Virus record (IMG/VR): IMGVR_UViG_3300037258_000931
Coordinates: 64,001 to 128,000 of that record
DNA: 64,000 nt
Source: a virus
Lineage: Duplodnaviria > Heunggongvirae > Uroviricota > Caudoviricetes
Strand: one strand, 5' to 3'
This document shows, one piece after another, positions 48,152-56,717 of the stretch; the stretch's first letter is position 1; each line of letters begins with the position of its first letter. The notes below the pieces were generated by a model. It made no database searches. It saw nothing but the letters and a program-made list of their open reading frames with translations, and had not been told where the DNA came from. Made by a program: the position numbers and the translations under genes.

Positions 48152-48620
48152 GTTGCACTTCTCCAGTGCACTTTGTACTTGTTGCGACAGTCAGCACCAT
48201 GGCTTTGAGCAGCGGATCAGTAATGTTGTACTTGTTCAGTGCACTTTATCCTGCTCGGGACGGCAGCTTTAAGTGGGACTTGGACAGCTCCAACCAGTTG
48301 CACTTGCTCAGTGCACTCGAACTCCGTTGCGACGATCGGGTGGACTCGCTTACGAGCTTCGTACAGGAGTTGCACTTGTCCAGTGCACTCCAACTCCGTT
48401 GCGACTCACTCTACGCCGCCCACTGTGCGTGTGAAGCCTGGTTGCACTTACTCAGTGCACTTAGACCCCATTGCGACGAGAGACCTTTGGCCGCTCGGAG
48501 AGCACGTTACGGTTGCACTTACTCAGCGCACTTAGACCCCATTGCGACGAATTGCGCCACCGCATGAGCCTAGAGAAAATTAAGTTGCACTTACTCAGCG
48601 CACTTGGTCCCCGTTGCGAC
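48152..48620 (-). CRISPR. CRISPR array: 7 repeats of 37 nt, 6 spacers of 34-36 nt
   Basis: Repeats at 48152, 48225, 48297, 48369, 48441, 48512, 48584; plus-strand type GTTGCACTTACTCAGTGCACTTAGACCCCATTGCGAC; degeneracy increases leftward and a leader lies on the right, so minus-strand transcription is inferred. Confidence 0.9.
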
Positions 48621-48800
48621 CCCTTACAGAATAACAGCTTTGCCTGCAGGCACATGCTTTGTGGATTCCGCGAACCCCTCCAAAAGGACTGCCCATGTAG
48701 ACGCGCCTCTAGCAAGATTGCCCCTAACTCCCGATTTTTGAGGGGGGAACAGGCTCCGCGAACCGAACGGGATTTCACCGGCACTCCGGGTTCGCGGAAA
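48621..48800 (-). promoter_or_regulatory. CRISPR leader
   Basis: Non-coding; CCGCGAACC at 48668 and 48756 and inverted GGGTTCGCGG at 48788, like the GCGAAC anchoring motifs of many leaders. Confidence 0.65.
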
Positions 48801-48862
48801 CCGGTTCAAACGGCGATATTGGCGGATGCTCCTTGGAACATTTTCCGAACCCAGAAAGCCAG

Positions 48863-48932
48863 CAGGGGCTAAAGCCCCAATTTCATTTTGCAACCGCTTT
48901 CGGCACGACTGAAGTCGTGCCCTGTTACAAAA
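48863..48932. repeat. REP-like doublet, family C
   Basis: GGGGCTAAAGCCCC and GGCACGACTGAAGTCGTGCC hairpins. Confidence 0.6.
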
Positions 48933-48973
48933 CCTTATCTTTGCCGGACCACATGGCCGCAACCATTGACAAC

Positions 48974-49058
48974 GATTAAATGACCATCTGTTTGACGGAC
49001 TACACTAGCAAGATTGCCCCTAGATTAAACGACCATCTGTTTAGCGGGCTACACTAGC
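48974..49058. repeat. 36-nt direct repeat pair with a 13-nt spacer
   Basis: GATTAAATGACCATCTGTTTGACGGACTACACTAGC vs GATTAAACGACCATCTGTTTAGCGGGCTACACTAGC (32/36). Confidence 0.8.
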
Positions 49059-49734
49059 CGTGCCACTGACCGCCGCCAACCACGGGATCTTCGCGGAGGA
49101 AGCGATCTTCGTCTTCCGGTTCGCCTAGATCGATGGCCAGCGCGGCGCCCTGGGCGCGGGAGGGAATTGTCACTCCTGGCCGGGTAACGGGAGCCGGGTC
49201 GGAACCGGCGCCGGCCAGATTCAAATCGGTCTGGATCTGCCGGGCGGCTGAAGAGCGGGCCAGGGAGAGCGGCGATTGCGGGTTCTGGGTGTTTTTGAGG
49301 GCTGCAATTGTCTGCACCAGCGACGGGATCTCGGCATCCAGAGCCGCGCCCATGTTGGCGTGATAGGCCCGCTCCTGAATGGCCTCAGCAAGACGGTTTT
49401 CCGCAGCGACCAGGGCCAGGCCGAAGACGGCCGGGGTGCTGGTTGCCGCGGCATGCCTGTAGCGGGCGCGTTGCGACGAGGCGCGTAACAACGGCTGATG
49501 CTCGCGGGCCGGGGCGCGGCGCTTTTTATGCTTGGCGCGGGCGGCCACCGGGGCCGAAAGCACGGGAGGGACATGCTTGACGATCTTGCCCCAGCGGACG
49601 GCGGCTGCCTGGGAGGCTATCTCCTGACGGCGTTCAGGGGAAAGCTTCCGAGTGCGGGCGTTGCCGCCTTTAGACTGGGGCGACTGCGGTGTCTGAACGG
49701 GTGGTGAGGCAGGTGCTTGCTCGACAGATCCCAT
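49054..49734 (-). CDS. Basic protein with a KGG..ARxxKLSPERRxEIA motif
   Basis: KGGNARTRKLSPERRQEIASQAAAVRW; coiled-coil centre; acidic tail. Confidence 0.65.
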   Translation of the reverse strand: MGSVEQAPASPPVQTPQSPQSKGGNARTRKLSPERRQEIASQAAAVRWGKIVKHVPPVLSAPVAARAKHKKRRAPAREHQPLLRASSQRARYRHAAATSTPAVFGLALVAAENRLAEAIQERAYHANMGAALDAEIPSLVQTIAALKNTQNPQSPLSLARSSAARQIQTDLNLAGAGSDPAPVTRPGVTIPSRAQGAALAIDLGEPEDEDRFLREDPVVGGGQWHG

Positions 49735-49802
49735 GCGTAGAGCATGCTTGGAAAATGCTTGCCATGCAAGGCACATTTTTCTAATCGTTGAGATCTGTAG
49801 AT

Positions 49803-49841
49803 CCCCGCTCATCGCATAGTGTGCGATGGACGGGGCACCCG
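49803..49841. repeat. REP-like palindrome family B, copy 3 (divergent)
   Basis: CCCCGCTCATCGCATAGTGTGCGATGGACGGGGCACCCG. Confidence 0.55.
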
Positions 49842-49878
49842 AGTAGTGGAGAGTCACTAAAAACCGGGCGGAGCATTG

Positions 49879-50466
49879 TTACCGATCATCCCGAATGAAA
49901 GTCACGTCGCCGTGGGGGAGGATCGGCGAGGTGCGCAGAAAGCCGCGTTCGGACAGAAAACTGCAAACCTCGGCTGCTGTATCGGAATGCCTGTAGATCG
50001 GCGTTTCGGAGCACTCGATGAGGAGATTCCGGAAGCCGTCGAGATAGGAGCCGAAACCTTTGAGTACCTGGAGTTCCATCCCTTGCACGTCGACGACCAG
50101 CAGGGAATGCAGACGACCGCGGAACCAGTTTTCCGCGGCCCAGTGATCAAAGCGGACAGGCTGGATATACCGGTAGCGGCAGGGCCGATCCGTCCAGCCG
50201 ATCTTGCGGGCCTCCGCGGCGTTGATGGATAGACAGCTAGCGCTCATGGTGTCGAGCTGGGAGGGGTCATGAAGGTGATGAGGAATCTGGAGGATGAGGC
50301 CGCGATCAGAGTGGGAGAGCGCCTGCGAGACCAGTTGAACGCCGGCGGGCGCCTCCCAACCAAGAGACTGCGGTTCGAAGAGCAGGATGGGAGACCGGCC
50401 CTGGGCGAGATATTCCGGCACCTCTTCGCCGCAGTGGGCGCCGACATGGACCACACCATTGCTCAC
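49879..50466 (-). CDS. FkbM-family methyltransferase
   Basis: VVHVGAHCGE, LFEP, VVDVQGMELQVLKG. Confidence 0.88.
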   Translation of the reverse strand: MSNGVVHVGAHCGEEVPEYLAQGRSPILLFEPQSLGWEAPAGVQLVSQALSHSDRGLILQIPHHLHDPSQLDTMSASCLSINAAEARKIGWTDRPCRYRYIQPVRFDHWAAENWFRGRLHSLLVVDVQGMELQVLKGFGSYLDGFRNLLIECSETPIYRHSDTAAEVCSFLSERGFLRTSPILPHGDVTFIRDDR

Positions 50467-51182
50467 CGCAGCAATTCTCCGTAGGCCGGGGTACCGGGGA
50501 GGCAGCCGTAGATGCCTAGAAACACATTGCGATCTTTGTTGGCCTGTTCCAGAATGTCGGCGCGATCGGTGATAGTGGCCATGCGCATGGTGGACGAGTT
50601 CTGGTGGAAGTACGGCAGGTTGGCTTTACCCATACCGATGCCGAGGCGGTGGGCGCGGATGTGATAGTCGCAGTCCTGGGCGTAGAGTTTCATGTCCTCG
50701 TTGAAAGGTCCGACGGTGTCCCAGACCGGTCGCGAGACCAGGAAAGCGGAAAAGTCGGGAGCTGGAACCAGGGGCATGCGCTCGGCCGGCGCCGCGATCG
50801 CTTCCATGGAATCCACGCCCATCCCGGTGATGAAGGGCTGTTCATAGCTCAAAAGTTCGCGGTAGAACCAGGGCGGCAGAACGACGTCATTGTTTACGAC
50901 CAAGACTTGGTTGTGGGGGGCATGATCGCGCTTGAGGCCGAAGAAGTATTGCAGCCCGATGTTCCAGCCGCGGCTGACGCCGAAGTTGGTGTTGGCCTGG
51001 ATGGTGTGGAGGCATCGCTTTTCCGAGTTGCCGTGTTGCTGCAGCAGCCACTCGCGGGTGCCGTCGGTGGACCCATTGTCGAAGACGAACAGCTCGACGG
51101 GAATGTCCTGGGCGAAGATGCTGGCGACGCACTTGCGGGTGAGGTCGAGGCAGTTGCGGGTAAGGGTAAGGACGGCGTTCAT
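50463..51182 (-). CDS. GT2-family glycosyltransferase
   Basis: VFDNGSTDGT, VVNNDV, YAQDCDY. Confidence 0.88.
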   Translation of the reverse strand: MNAVLTLTRNCLDLTRKCVASIFAQDIPVELFVFDNGSTDGTREWLLQQHGNSEKRCLHTIQANTNFGVSRGWNIGLQYFFGLKRDHAPHNQVLVVNNDVVLPPWFYRELLSYEQPFITGMGVDSMEAIAAPAERMPLVPAPDFSAFLVSRPVWDTVGPFNEDMKLYAQDCDYHIRAHRLGIGMGKANLPYFHQNSSTMRMATITDRADILEQANKDRNVFLGIYGCLPGTPAYGELLR

Positions 51183-51201
51183 GGTGGCTCCTTGGTTGGG
51201 A

Positions 51202-51312
51202 CAGAGATCAGGGATCAGGGATCAGGGATCAGGGGTCAGGGGTCAGGGGTCAGGGATCAGAGAAAAGGATCAGGGGCCAGAGACCGGGGGTCACGGACCG
51301 GAGATCAGGGGT
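51202..51312. repeat. CAGGGAT/CAGGGGT heptamer tandem tract
   Basis: Direct reading. Confidence 0.8.
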
Positions 51313-51332
51313 CCTAAATCAGGTTTGAGGCA

Positions 51333-51497
51333 TCAGGGCTTGATGACCGTGTGGAACAGCAGCAGGGCCAGCGCGAGCAGAATCAGGCGGTCTTTGAGTT
51401 CTTCGGCGCCGAAGACGGCTAAAGCACAGCAAAAGCAGGCCACCAGGTAACGGGCCAGATTGGCGAGATCGGAAAGTGGCAGGGCGGCGATCTGCAT
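51333..51497 (-). CDS. Small two-TM membrane protein (54 aa)
   Basis: TGATG coupling with the upstream GT gene; hydrophobic. Confidence 0.45.
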   Translation of the reverse strand: MQIAALPLSDLANLARYLVACFCCALAVFGAEELKDRLILLALALLLFHTVIKP

Positions 51498-52207
51498 CAG
51501 GACTGCACCTGGAAGGGAAGCACGTCGGAGTAGTTTTCGTAGAGCCACTTATGGGCGGCGGTTGAGTCTTCTGGAATGATAGAGGGGCTGCGGCCGCCCC
51601 AGTGGTCGCAGTCGACGCCGACCAGCCGGTTGCGCAGTTTCTGGCGGCGCACTTCGCAGGATATCCAGTAATCGTAGACCCAGTAGCTGACCGGCTGATT
51701 CTGTGGCCAGCCGCCGCAGTTTTCAAGGACGGAGCGGCGGATGAAGAGCGCGAACCCGTCGAAGACCGCGACGTCGCAGACACCTGAAAAGCGCTGTCCA
51801 TGTGATTCAGCGTCGCGGCGCATGTTGGACCGGGTGCGCAGCCGGGTGAAGTTGGCGACCTGGAAGGGCTCGTTGTAGAGCTGCGGCAGGCCATGGCCAA
51901 GGCCGCCGAAGAATCCCACTGCGCCGACGGTTGGGTCTTCAAATTCGCGGGCCACGCGCAGATCCCACCCGGGCTCATAAATCGTTACGTCGTCGTGGAC
52001 GTAGGCGATGATCTCTTCGCTCGTGTTCTCGAAGATCTCCTGGTAGGCCACCATCATGGGCTTGCGGTAAACCTCATAGAGCGGATAGCGCTCGGAGGCG
52101 GTCGCGTACCAGCTATCGATACAGGCCAGCCAATTGCCGGGGGGAGCGCCAGGGTCCGGATTGGGATTGCCCCAGTGCAGGGTGGCATTGCCGAAGACCA
52201 GCTTCAT
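51497..52207 (-). CDS. GT-A fold glycosyltransferase
   Basis: IAYVHDDV DxD-type motif, FDGFALF, WVYDYW. Confidence 0.8.
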   Translation of the reverse strand: MKLVFGNATLHWGNPNPDPGAPPGNWLACIDSWYATASERYPLYEVYRKPMMVAYQEIFENTSEEIIAYVHDDVTIYEPGWDLRVAREFEDPTVGAVGFFGGLGHGLPQLYNEPFQVANFTRLRTRSNMRRDAESHGQRFSGVCDVAVFDGFALFIRRSVLENCGGWPQNQPVSYWVYDYWISCEVRRQKLRNRLVGVDCDHWGGRSPSIIPEDSTAAHKWLYENYSDVLPFQVQS

Positions 52208-53238
52208 TGGTTTTTCCTCCAGAAGGACGGCAGATTTTTTTCGATTTCGATGCCGGAAAACTCTTGGCCGCGGCGGAAGCCATGCTGCCGCGCCCAGGCG
52301 GCCATGCGCGCGATGCCTTTGCGTAGCGGCGTTTCCTGTTGGTAGCCGAGCAGAACGCGGGCGTGGTGGTGGTCACAGTAGGCGATCTTGACTTCATGGC
52401 GCTGGTCAAGGTGAACGACGCGGAGCGGGACATCCATAGCTTCGGCAACCATCTCAGCGAGCTGGTTGATGGTGCAGGGCTCGTCTCCGCCGATGTTGAA
52501 GATGTTGGCGATGGCGCGCGGGTTGGAAGGGGAAGAGGCGATGGCCGGGATGATGTCGCCGACGTAGGAGAAGGCGCGCTGCTGCTCGCCGTCGCCGTAG
52601 ACGGTCATCGGCGAATTGCGCAGGATCTGGTTCATGAAGATGCCAACCACGTTGCGGTAGCGATCGCCGATGTTCTGGCGTTCGCCGAGCACATTGTGGG
52701 GGCGGAAGATGACGTAGTCGAGCCCGAACATTTCCCGGCTGATAAAGAGTTCATCTTCGACAGCCGCCTTGGCGATGCCGTAGGAGTCTTCCGGCGCCGG
52801 GGGCATGTGTTCGCCGAACGGGACTTGACTGGCCCCGTAGACCGCCATGGACGAGGTGAAGACGAAGCACTTTACGCCGTGATTGACGGACGCATTGATG
52901 AGGTTGACGGAGCCGATGAGGTTGTTCTGGTAGTTGAACCGTTTGATGAAGTGGCTCAAACCTTCGGCGGCGTAGGCGGCCAGGTGATAGACGACCTCGA
53001 AGCGACCTTCCTGAAAGAGCGTGTCTACAAGCCGCTCGTCGAGGATGGAGCCCCGGACGAAGATGACGTCGCCCAGTGTCGAGGAGATTTTTTTGGCCGA
53101 GCCGGGTGTTTCCAGGTTGTCGAGAAAGCCGCCACTGAGATCGTCGAGCACGGTGACGCGATGGCCCTGATTGACGAGGTAGTCGGAGAGGTGGCTGCCG
53201 ATGAAGCCGGCGCCGCCGGTGACGAGTACGTTGGCCAT
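52204..53238 (-). CDS. NAD-dependent nucleotide-sugar epimerase/dehydratase
   Basis: GGAGFIG, TSSMAVYG, YGIAK (YxxxK). Confidence 0.92.
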   Translation of the reverse strand: MANVLVTGGAGFIGSHLSDYLVNQGHRVTVLDDLSGGFLDNLETPGSAKKISSTLGDVIFVRGSILDERLVDTLFQEGRFEVVYHLAAYAAEGLSHFIKRFNYQNNLIGSVNLINASVNHGVKCFVFTSSMAVYGASQVPFGEHMPPAPEDSYGIAKAAVEDELFISREMFGLDYVIFRPHNVLGERQNIGDRYRNVVGIFMNQILRNSPMTVYGDGEQQRAFSYVGDIIPAIASSPSNPRAIANIFNIGGDEPCTINQLAEMVAEAMDVPLRVVHLDQRHEVKIAYCDHHHARVLLGYQQETPLRKGIARMAAWARQHGFRRGQEFSGIEIEKNLPSFWRKNQ

Positions 53239-53260
53239 GGGTCGCTCCTTTCAGTTGCGA

Positions 53261-53534
53261 CAGAGATCGGGGATCAGAGATCAGGGATCAGAGATCAGGG
53301 ATCAGAGATCAGGGATCAGAGATCAGAGATCAGGGATCAGTTAAAAGCAAAAGCAAAAGCAAAGGCAAAAGCAACGGCAACCGCAACGGCAACCGCAGGT
53401 TCTTCGACTTCGGTCGCTTTGCTCCCTTCGCTCAGAATGACATCCGATTTAGGTGCTCAGGATGACAGGCTTTTGCTTTTCCCTGACTCCTGATCCCTGA
53501 TCTCTGACCCCTGACAACTGAAACCTGACCCCTG
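53261..53534. mobile_element. Composite element family A, copy 2
   Basis: Long heptamer arms, AAAAGC/GCAACG tracts, core with duplicated CTCAGRATGACA. Confidence 0.7.
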
Positions 53535-53540
53535 TTCGGC

Positions 53541-54110
53541 TCAGCGGCCGTGGCGCAGGATGCCCAACCCGAAGCGGACCGGGTAGTTGAAGGCGGTGAG
53601 ATGGTGTTCGGCGGCGAGTTGGACCATGGCGCTGGCCACCTCCCGAAAAGACACGGTGTCGTGAAACAGAACGCAGTCCGAGTGGGCAACGGCCCACAGG
53701 CCGGCGTCGTAGGTGTCATCGAAGCGGTGCGCGAGATCGACATGGACCAGATCGTAGTGAGCGTCTTGCGGCTGCGCCTCGATCCAGACGCGAAAATCCG
53801 ATTGGGCCAGCGTGACGTTGGGAAAGGGTCGCAGATTGGAGATCGCGAAGGCCATGGTTTCCGCGGGGTCTCCCATTCCGGAATGCTCGTCGCCGGCGAA
53901 GGTATCAACGCCTGTGACGCGATCGAAGTAATGGGCGAGCGCAGCGGTGGAATAGCCGTGCTGGACTCCGAACTCAAGCGCCGAGTCGGAGCGGAGAGCG
54001 AAGTCCTGAAGCAGGGCGGGCAGGATCTGCTCATTGGGCGCCCAGCCGTCTGGAGCCTGAATGGGCCGTGGCAGCTCACGTAGAAACCCAGGGGTGTATT
54101 GAATCATCAC
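53541..54110 (-). CDS. Class I SAM methyltransferase (Methyltransf_24-like)
   Basis: LEFGVQHGYS, GVDTF, VHVDLAH, LFHDT. Confidence 0.8.
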   Translation of the reverse strand: MMIQYTPGFLRELPRPIQAPDGWAPNEQILPALLQDFALRSDSALEFGVQHGYSTAALAHYFDRVTGVDTFAGDEHSGMGDPAETMAFAISNLRPFPNVTLAQSDFRVWIEAQPQDAHYDLVHVDLAHRFDDTYDAGLWAVAHSDCVLFHDTVSFREVASAMVQLAAEHHLTAFNYPVRFGLGILRHGR

Positions 54111-54802
54111 TGAGCGGGCGCCTGCGATTCTTGTACCGATTCCCGTACCGATTCCCGTACCAGGATGCCAAGGCCCTGGCAGTAGGGGTAGTTGTAGAAG
54201 CTGTAGCCGGAGATTTCAGCCAGGTCGAGAAGGGCTTCTTTGACTTCAGGAAATGATTCGGTGTCATGGAAGATGGCGCAGCGGGTGTGCTGGAGCGCGA
54301 GGACGCCGCAGGCGAAGGTGTGCTGATAGGTGTGGATGATATCGGTATGGATGAGGTCGACCTGACCGTCGTCGCTTGCGGTGTGAGGCGAGCCGCCCTT
54401 CAAGCGGTTGCAGAGGTAGCAGAAGCTCGGTTCCTGCGAGGAGGGAACGAAGCTGTGCAGCGGCCAGCCATCGACGGTGTATCCGTAGTCGAAGAAGCCG
54501 GTCTGGATGAGTTGAATATTGGACCACGGCTCCAGGGTGCGGCGGGTGGTTTCGATCATAGGCGCGGTGGTGCCGGCGAGCAGGTCGCCGGTAAAGGGCT
54601 CGATGCCGAGGACGAACTGAAAGTTGTTGGCCAGAGCCGCGGTGGAGTAACCGTGCCAGACGCCGAACTCGATGGCCAGGTGGTTTTGGATGCCGAAGCG
54701 TCGCAGGATCGACGGCAGGATCTTTTCCAGGCCATCCCACGAGGTGGGCACGCGGGGCAGATTGGGGACGTCGACGAAAAATTCAGGTTCGTAGAGTTGC
54801 AT
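54107..54802 (-). CDS. Class I SAM methyltransferase, paralog of 53541-54110 with an insertion
   Basis: IEFGVWHGYS, IHTDIIH, IFHDT. Confidence 0.8.
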   Translation of the reverse strand: MQLYEPEFFVDVPNLPRVPTSWDGLEKILPSILRRFGIQNHLAIEFGVWHGYSTAALANNFQFVLGIEPFTGDLLAGTTAPMIETTRRTLEPWSNIQLIQTGFFDYGYTVDGWPLHSFVPSSQEPSFCYLCNRLKGGSPHTASDDGQVDLIHTDIIHTYQHTFACGVLALQHTRCAIFHDTESFPEVKEALLDLAEISGYSFYNYPYCQGLGILVRESVRESVQESQAPAQ

Positions 54803-54818
54803 GATGCTCCTTGCGGCG

Positions 54819-54942
54819 GTCAGTGGACAGTTAAAGGCAAAAGCAAAAGCAACCGCAGGTCCTTCGGCTTCGGTCGCTTTGCTCCCTTCGCTCAGGATGA
54901 CATCCGATATTGGGCTCAGGATGACAGCGGGTTTTGGTTTTA
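54819..54942. mobile_element. Composite element family A, copy 3 (short arms)
   Basis: Core GGTCCTTCGGCTTCGGTCGCTTTGCTCCCTTCGCTCAGGATGACA. Confidence 0.7.
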
Positions 54943-54946
54943 CTGT

Positions 54947-56203
54947 TCAGTGCCGACTAGTTCTTCCTTCCCGAAACCAGGCTTCCCATCGAGGCCACAG
55001 ATTTTGCCAGGCGTACTGCGGGTCGAGGCTGGCGCGCCGGCTAAGAAAGCGCTCAGCGCAGGCGGCCCAGGCGGCGGGGTCATAGACCGGGCGCACCGAG
55101 CAATAGAGCCCTTCCTTGCGAAAGGCCAGAGGTTCGACGCGCATCTCTTCCGGCACCAGCTCCGCGCCGCCGGCGTAGTTGCCGTGGATGACTGGAGTTC
55201 CGCAGGCCAGCGACTCGGCCAGAGGATAACCGAAGCCCTCGGCGCCAATGCCGAAGGTAAGGTTGCATGCCGAGTAGGCTTTGGCCATATCGTCGTCGGA
55301 GAGAAAGCCGACCGAGATCACGGTGCGGTCCAGAAGGCCGTAATCGACCAGCAGGGCGGGAATGGACCAGTAACGTTCGAGGGCATCGGTGTGCACCCAG
55401 AGCCGAATGCGATGGGTTTTGCCGAGCAGGGCAGCGGCCTCAATGCCCAGTGCCCAGTCTTTGCGGGTCTGATTGGTGGCTACGATGCCGATCAGAGTTT
55501 CCCCGGCCATAACCGAGCTGAGCTGGGGACCGCTGGTCAGCGAGCGGGCGCCGGTGATGGAACCGAAGCGAAAGCGGCACTCGATACTGTTGCGCGGATA
55601 AAAGACCGAAGTATCGATGCCGTGAGGAAGGTGATCCGGCTCCTGATCGAGGGCCAGGGTACGGGCAACGACTCCTGCCGACCAGGCACCGTAAGCGATG
55701 ATCCGATTGAAGCCGAGCAGCGCCTGATGAAGCGGGAAGGAGAGTTTTCGATTGGGGCCGTCGGCATCGATGGGGAAGTAGCCCCAACGTTCGAACGGAG
55801 CTTTGACGAGCCACTCGCGCAGCGGCTTGCGGCCGGCCAGCATCTCACAGCGTGCAGGTTGGGCATACCAGAGCAGCCGGGACAGATCCCAGATGGGCAT
55901 AGATATGCCCCACTCGTCGCCGGCGAAATCCTTCCAGACCTCAGGGAGGCCGGGGATGATCCAGTCGTTCATGCCTTCGATGGCGTACTGCTGAAAGCCG
56001 AAATTACGCGAACCGGGGCCGCCGTAGCCGAGCACGCCTACGCGGTAGACGTCGGCAAGGTGGCGATGAATGCGGGTGGCGAGATCGGCGGTGATGCGGC
56101 CCAGCCCAGTGGAGGAAGAAGGCGCGTCGCTAATCAGCAGCAGCGGAATCGGCTGGCTGGTGGAGCGGGGCGCCCCGCCGCTGGAGATTGGATGTACAGT
56201 CAT
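54947..56203 (-). CDS. GT4 (GT-B) glycosyltransferase
   Basis: PHGIDTSVF and EGFGYPLAESLACGTP (E-x7-E). Confidence 0.9.
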   Translation of the reverse strand: MTVHPISSGGAPRSTSQPIPLLLISDAPSSSTGLGRITADLATRIHRHLADVYRVGVLGYGGPGSRNFGFQQYAIEGMNDWIIPGLPEVWKDFAGDEWGISMPIWDLSRLLWYAQPARCEMLAGRKPLREWLVKAPFERWGYFPIDADGPNRKLSFPLHQALLGFNRIIAYGAWSAGVVARTLALDQEPDHLPHGIDTSVFYPRNSIECRFRFGSITGARSLTSGPQLSSVMAGETLIGIVATNQTRKDWALGIEAAALLGKTHRIRLWVHTDALERYWSIPALLVDYGLLDRTVISVGFLSDDDMAKAYSACNLTFGIGAEGFGYPLAESLACGTPVIHGNYAGGAELVPEEMRVEPLAFRKEGLYCSVRPVYDPAAWAACAERFLSRRASLDPQYAWQNLWPRWEAWFREGRTSRH

Positions 56204-56436
56204 GGTTTGGCAACCGTCATCTTGGGATAGTGGACGCGTCCGGTTTTGCTGGTCTGCCGCTGGACCAGCGGCTGGCCGCGGGGGATGCGGGTTTCAGCAT
56301 AGTGGACCTTGCAGGCCGGGCTGATGAAAACCTGGCCATCGACGGGGCGACCCTGATTACGGCAGATGCAACCGTTTTTAGTATTGACCGGGGCAGGACC
56401 TAAAAGGGGTATGGAAGATAGAGATTCTGCGAGCAT
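56200..56436 (-). CDS. Small hypothetical protein
   Basis: 4-nt overlap with the GT4 start. Confidence 0.35.
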   Translation of the reverse strand: MLAESLSSIPLLGPAPVNTKNGCICRNQGRPVDGQVFISPACKVHYAETRIPRGQPLVQRQTSKTGRVHYPKMTVAKP

Positions 56437-56484
56437 GACTTCTGAGTAGTAGAGCAAATCGAGTTTTTGCGCAAGGATGATTTT

Positions 56485-56710
56485 CAGGGATCAGTTGACA
56501 GGGATCAGGGGTCAGAGATCAGTTATCAGAGATCAGTTGTCAGTGGACAGTTAAAGGCAAGAGCAAAAGCAACCACAGGTTCTTCGGCTTCGGTCGCTCT
56601 GCTCCCTGCGCTCAGGATGACAACCGATTTAGGTGCTCAGGATGACAGGTTTTTTCTGATCCCTGATCCCTGATCTCCGACCCCTGATCTCTGATCCCTG
56701 ACCCCTGACT
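56485..56710. mobile_element. Composite element family A, copy 4
   Basis: Same nested architecture. Confidence 0.7.
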
Positions 56711-56717
56711 GCTGCCT

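Noticed and set aside
48549-48583. Possible self-targeting: spacer 6 shares TGGCGCAATT with 4953-4962 and 4994-5003; spacer 1 shares TGGTGCTGAC with about 48092
   Set aside because: 10-nt matches are expected by chance in 128 kb of both strands; no longer protospacer was noticed, though a computed search is still needed
48019-48872. ORFs 48019..48567, 48239..48535, 48461..48784 and 48471..48872
   Set aside because: They run across the CRISPR array and leader; the repeated LHLLSAL peptides are translated repeats
48885-48894. TTTTGCAAC as a tracrRNA anti-repeat
   Set aside because: Only 6 nt complementarity to the repeat and it lies within a REP-like doublet
51202-53340. Heptamer tracts as CRISPR arrays or DGR repeats
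   Set aside because: Tandem 7-mers without unique spacers; no reverse transcriptase or TR/VR pair seen
54266-56230. 654-aa plus-strand ORF and other long antisense ORFs (14180..15343, 34119..35258, 42490..43986, 52339..53493)
   Set aside because: Shadow frames of genes with clear motifs or synteny on the opposite strand in GC-rich DNA
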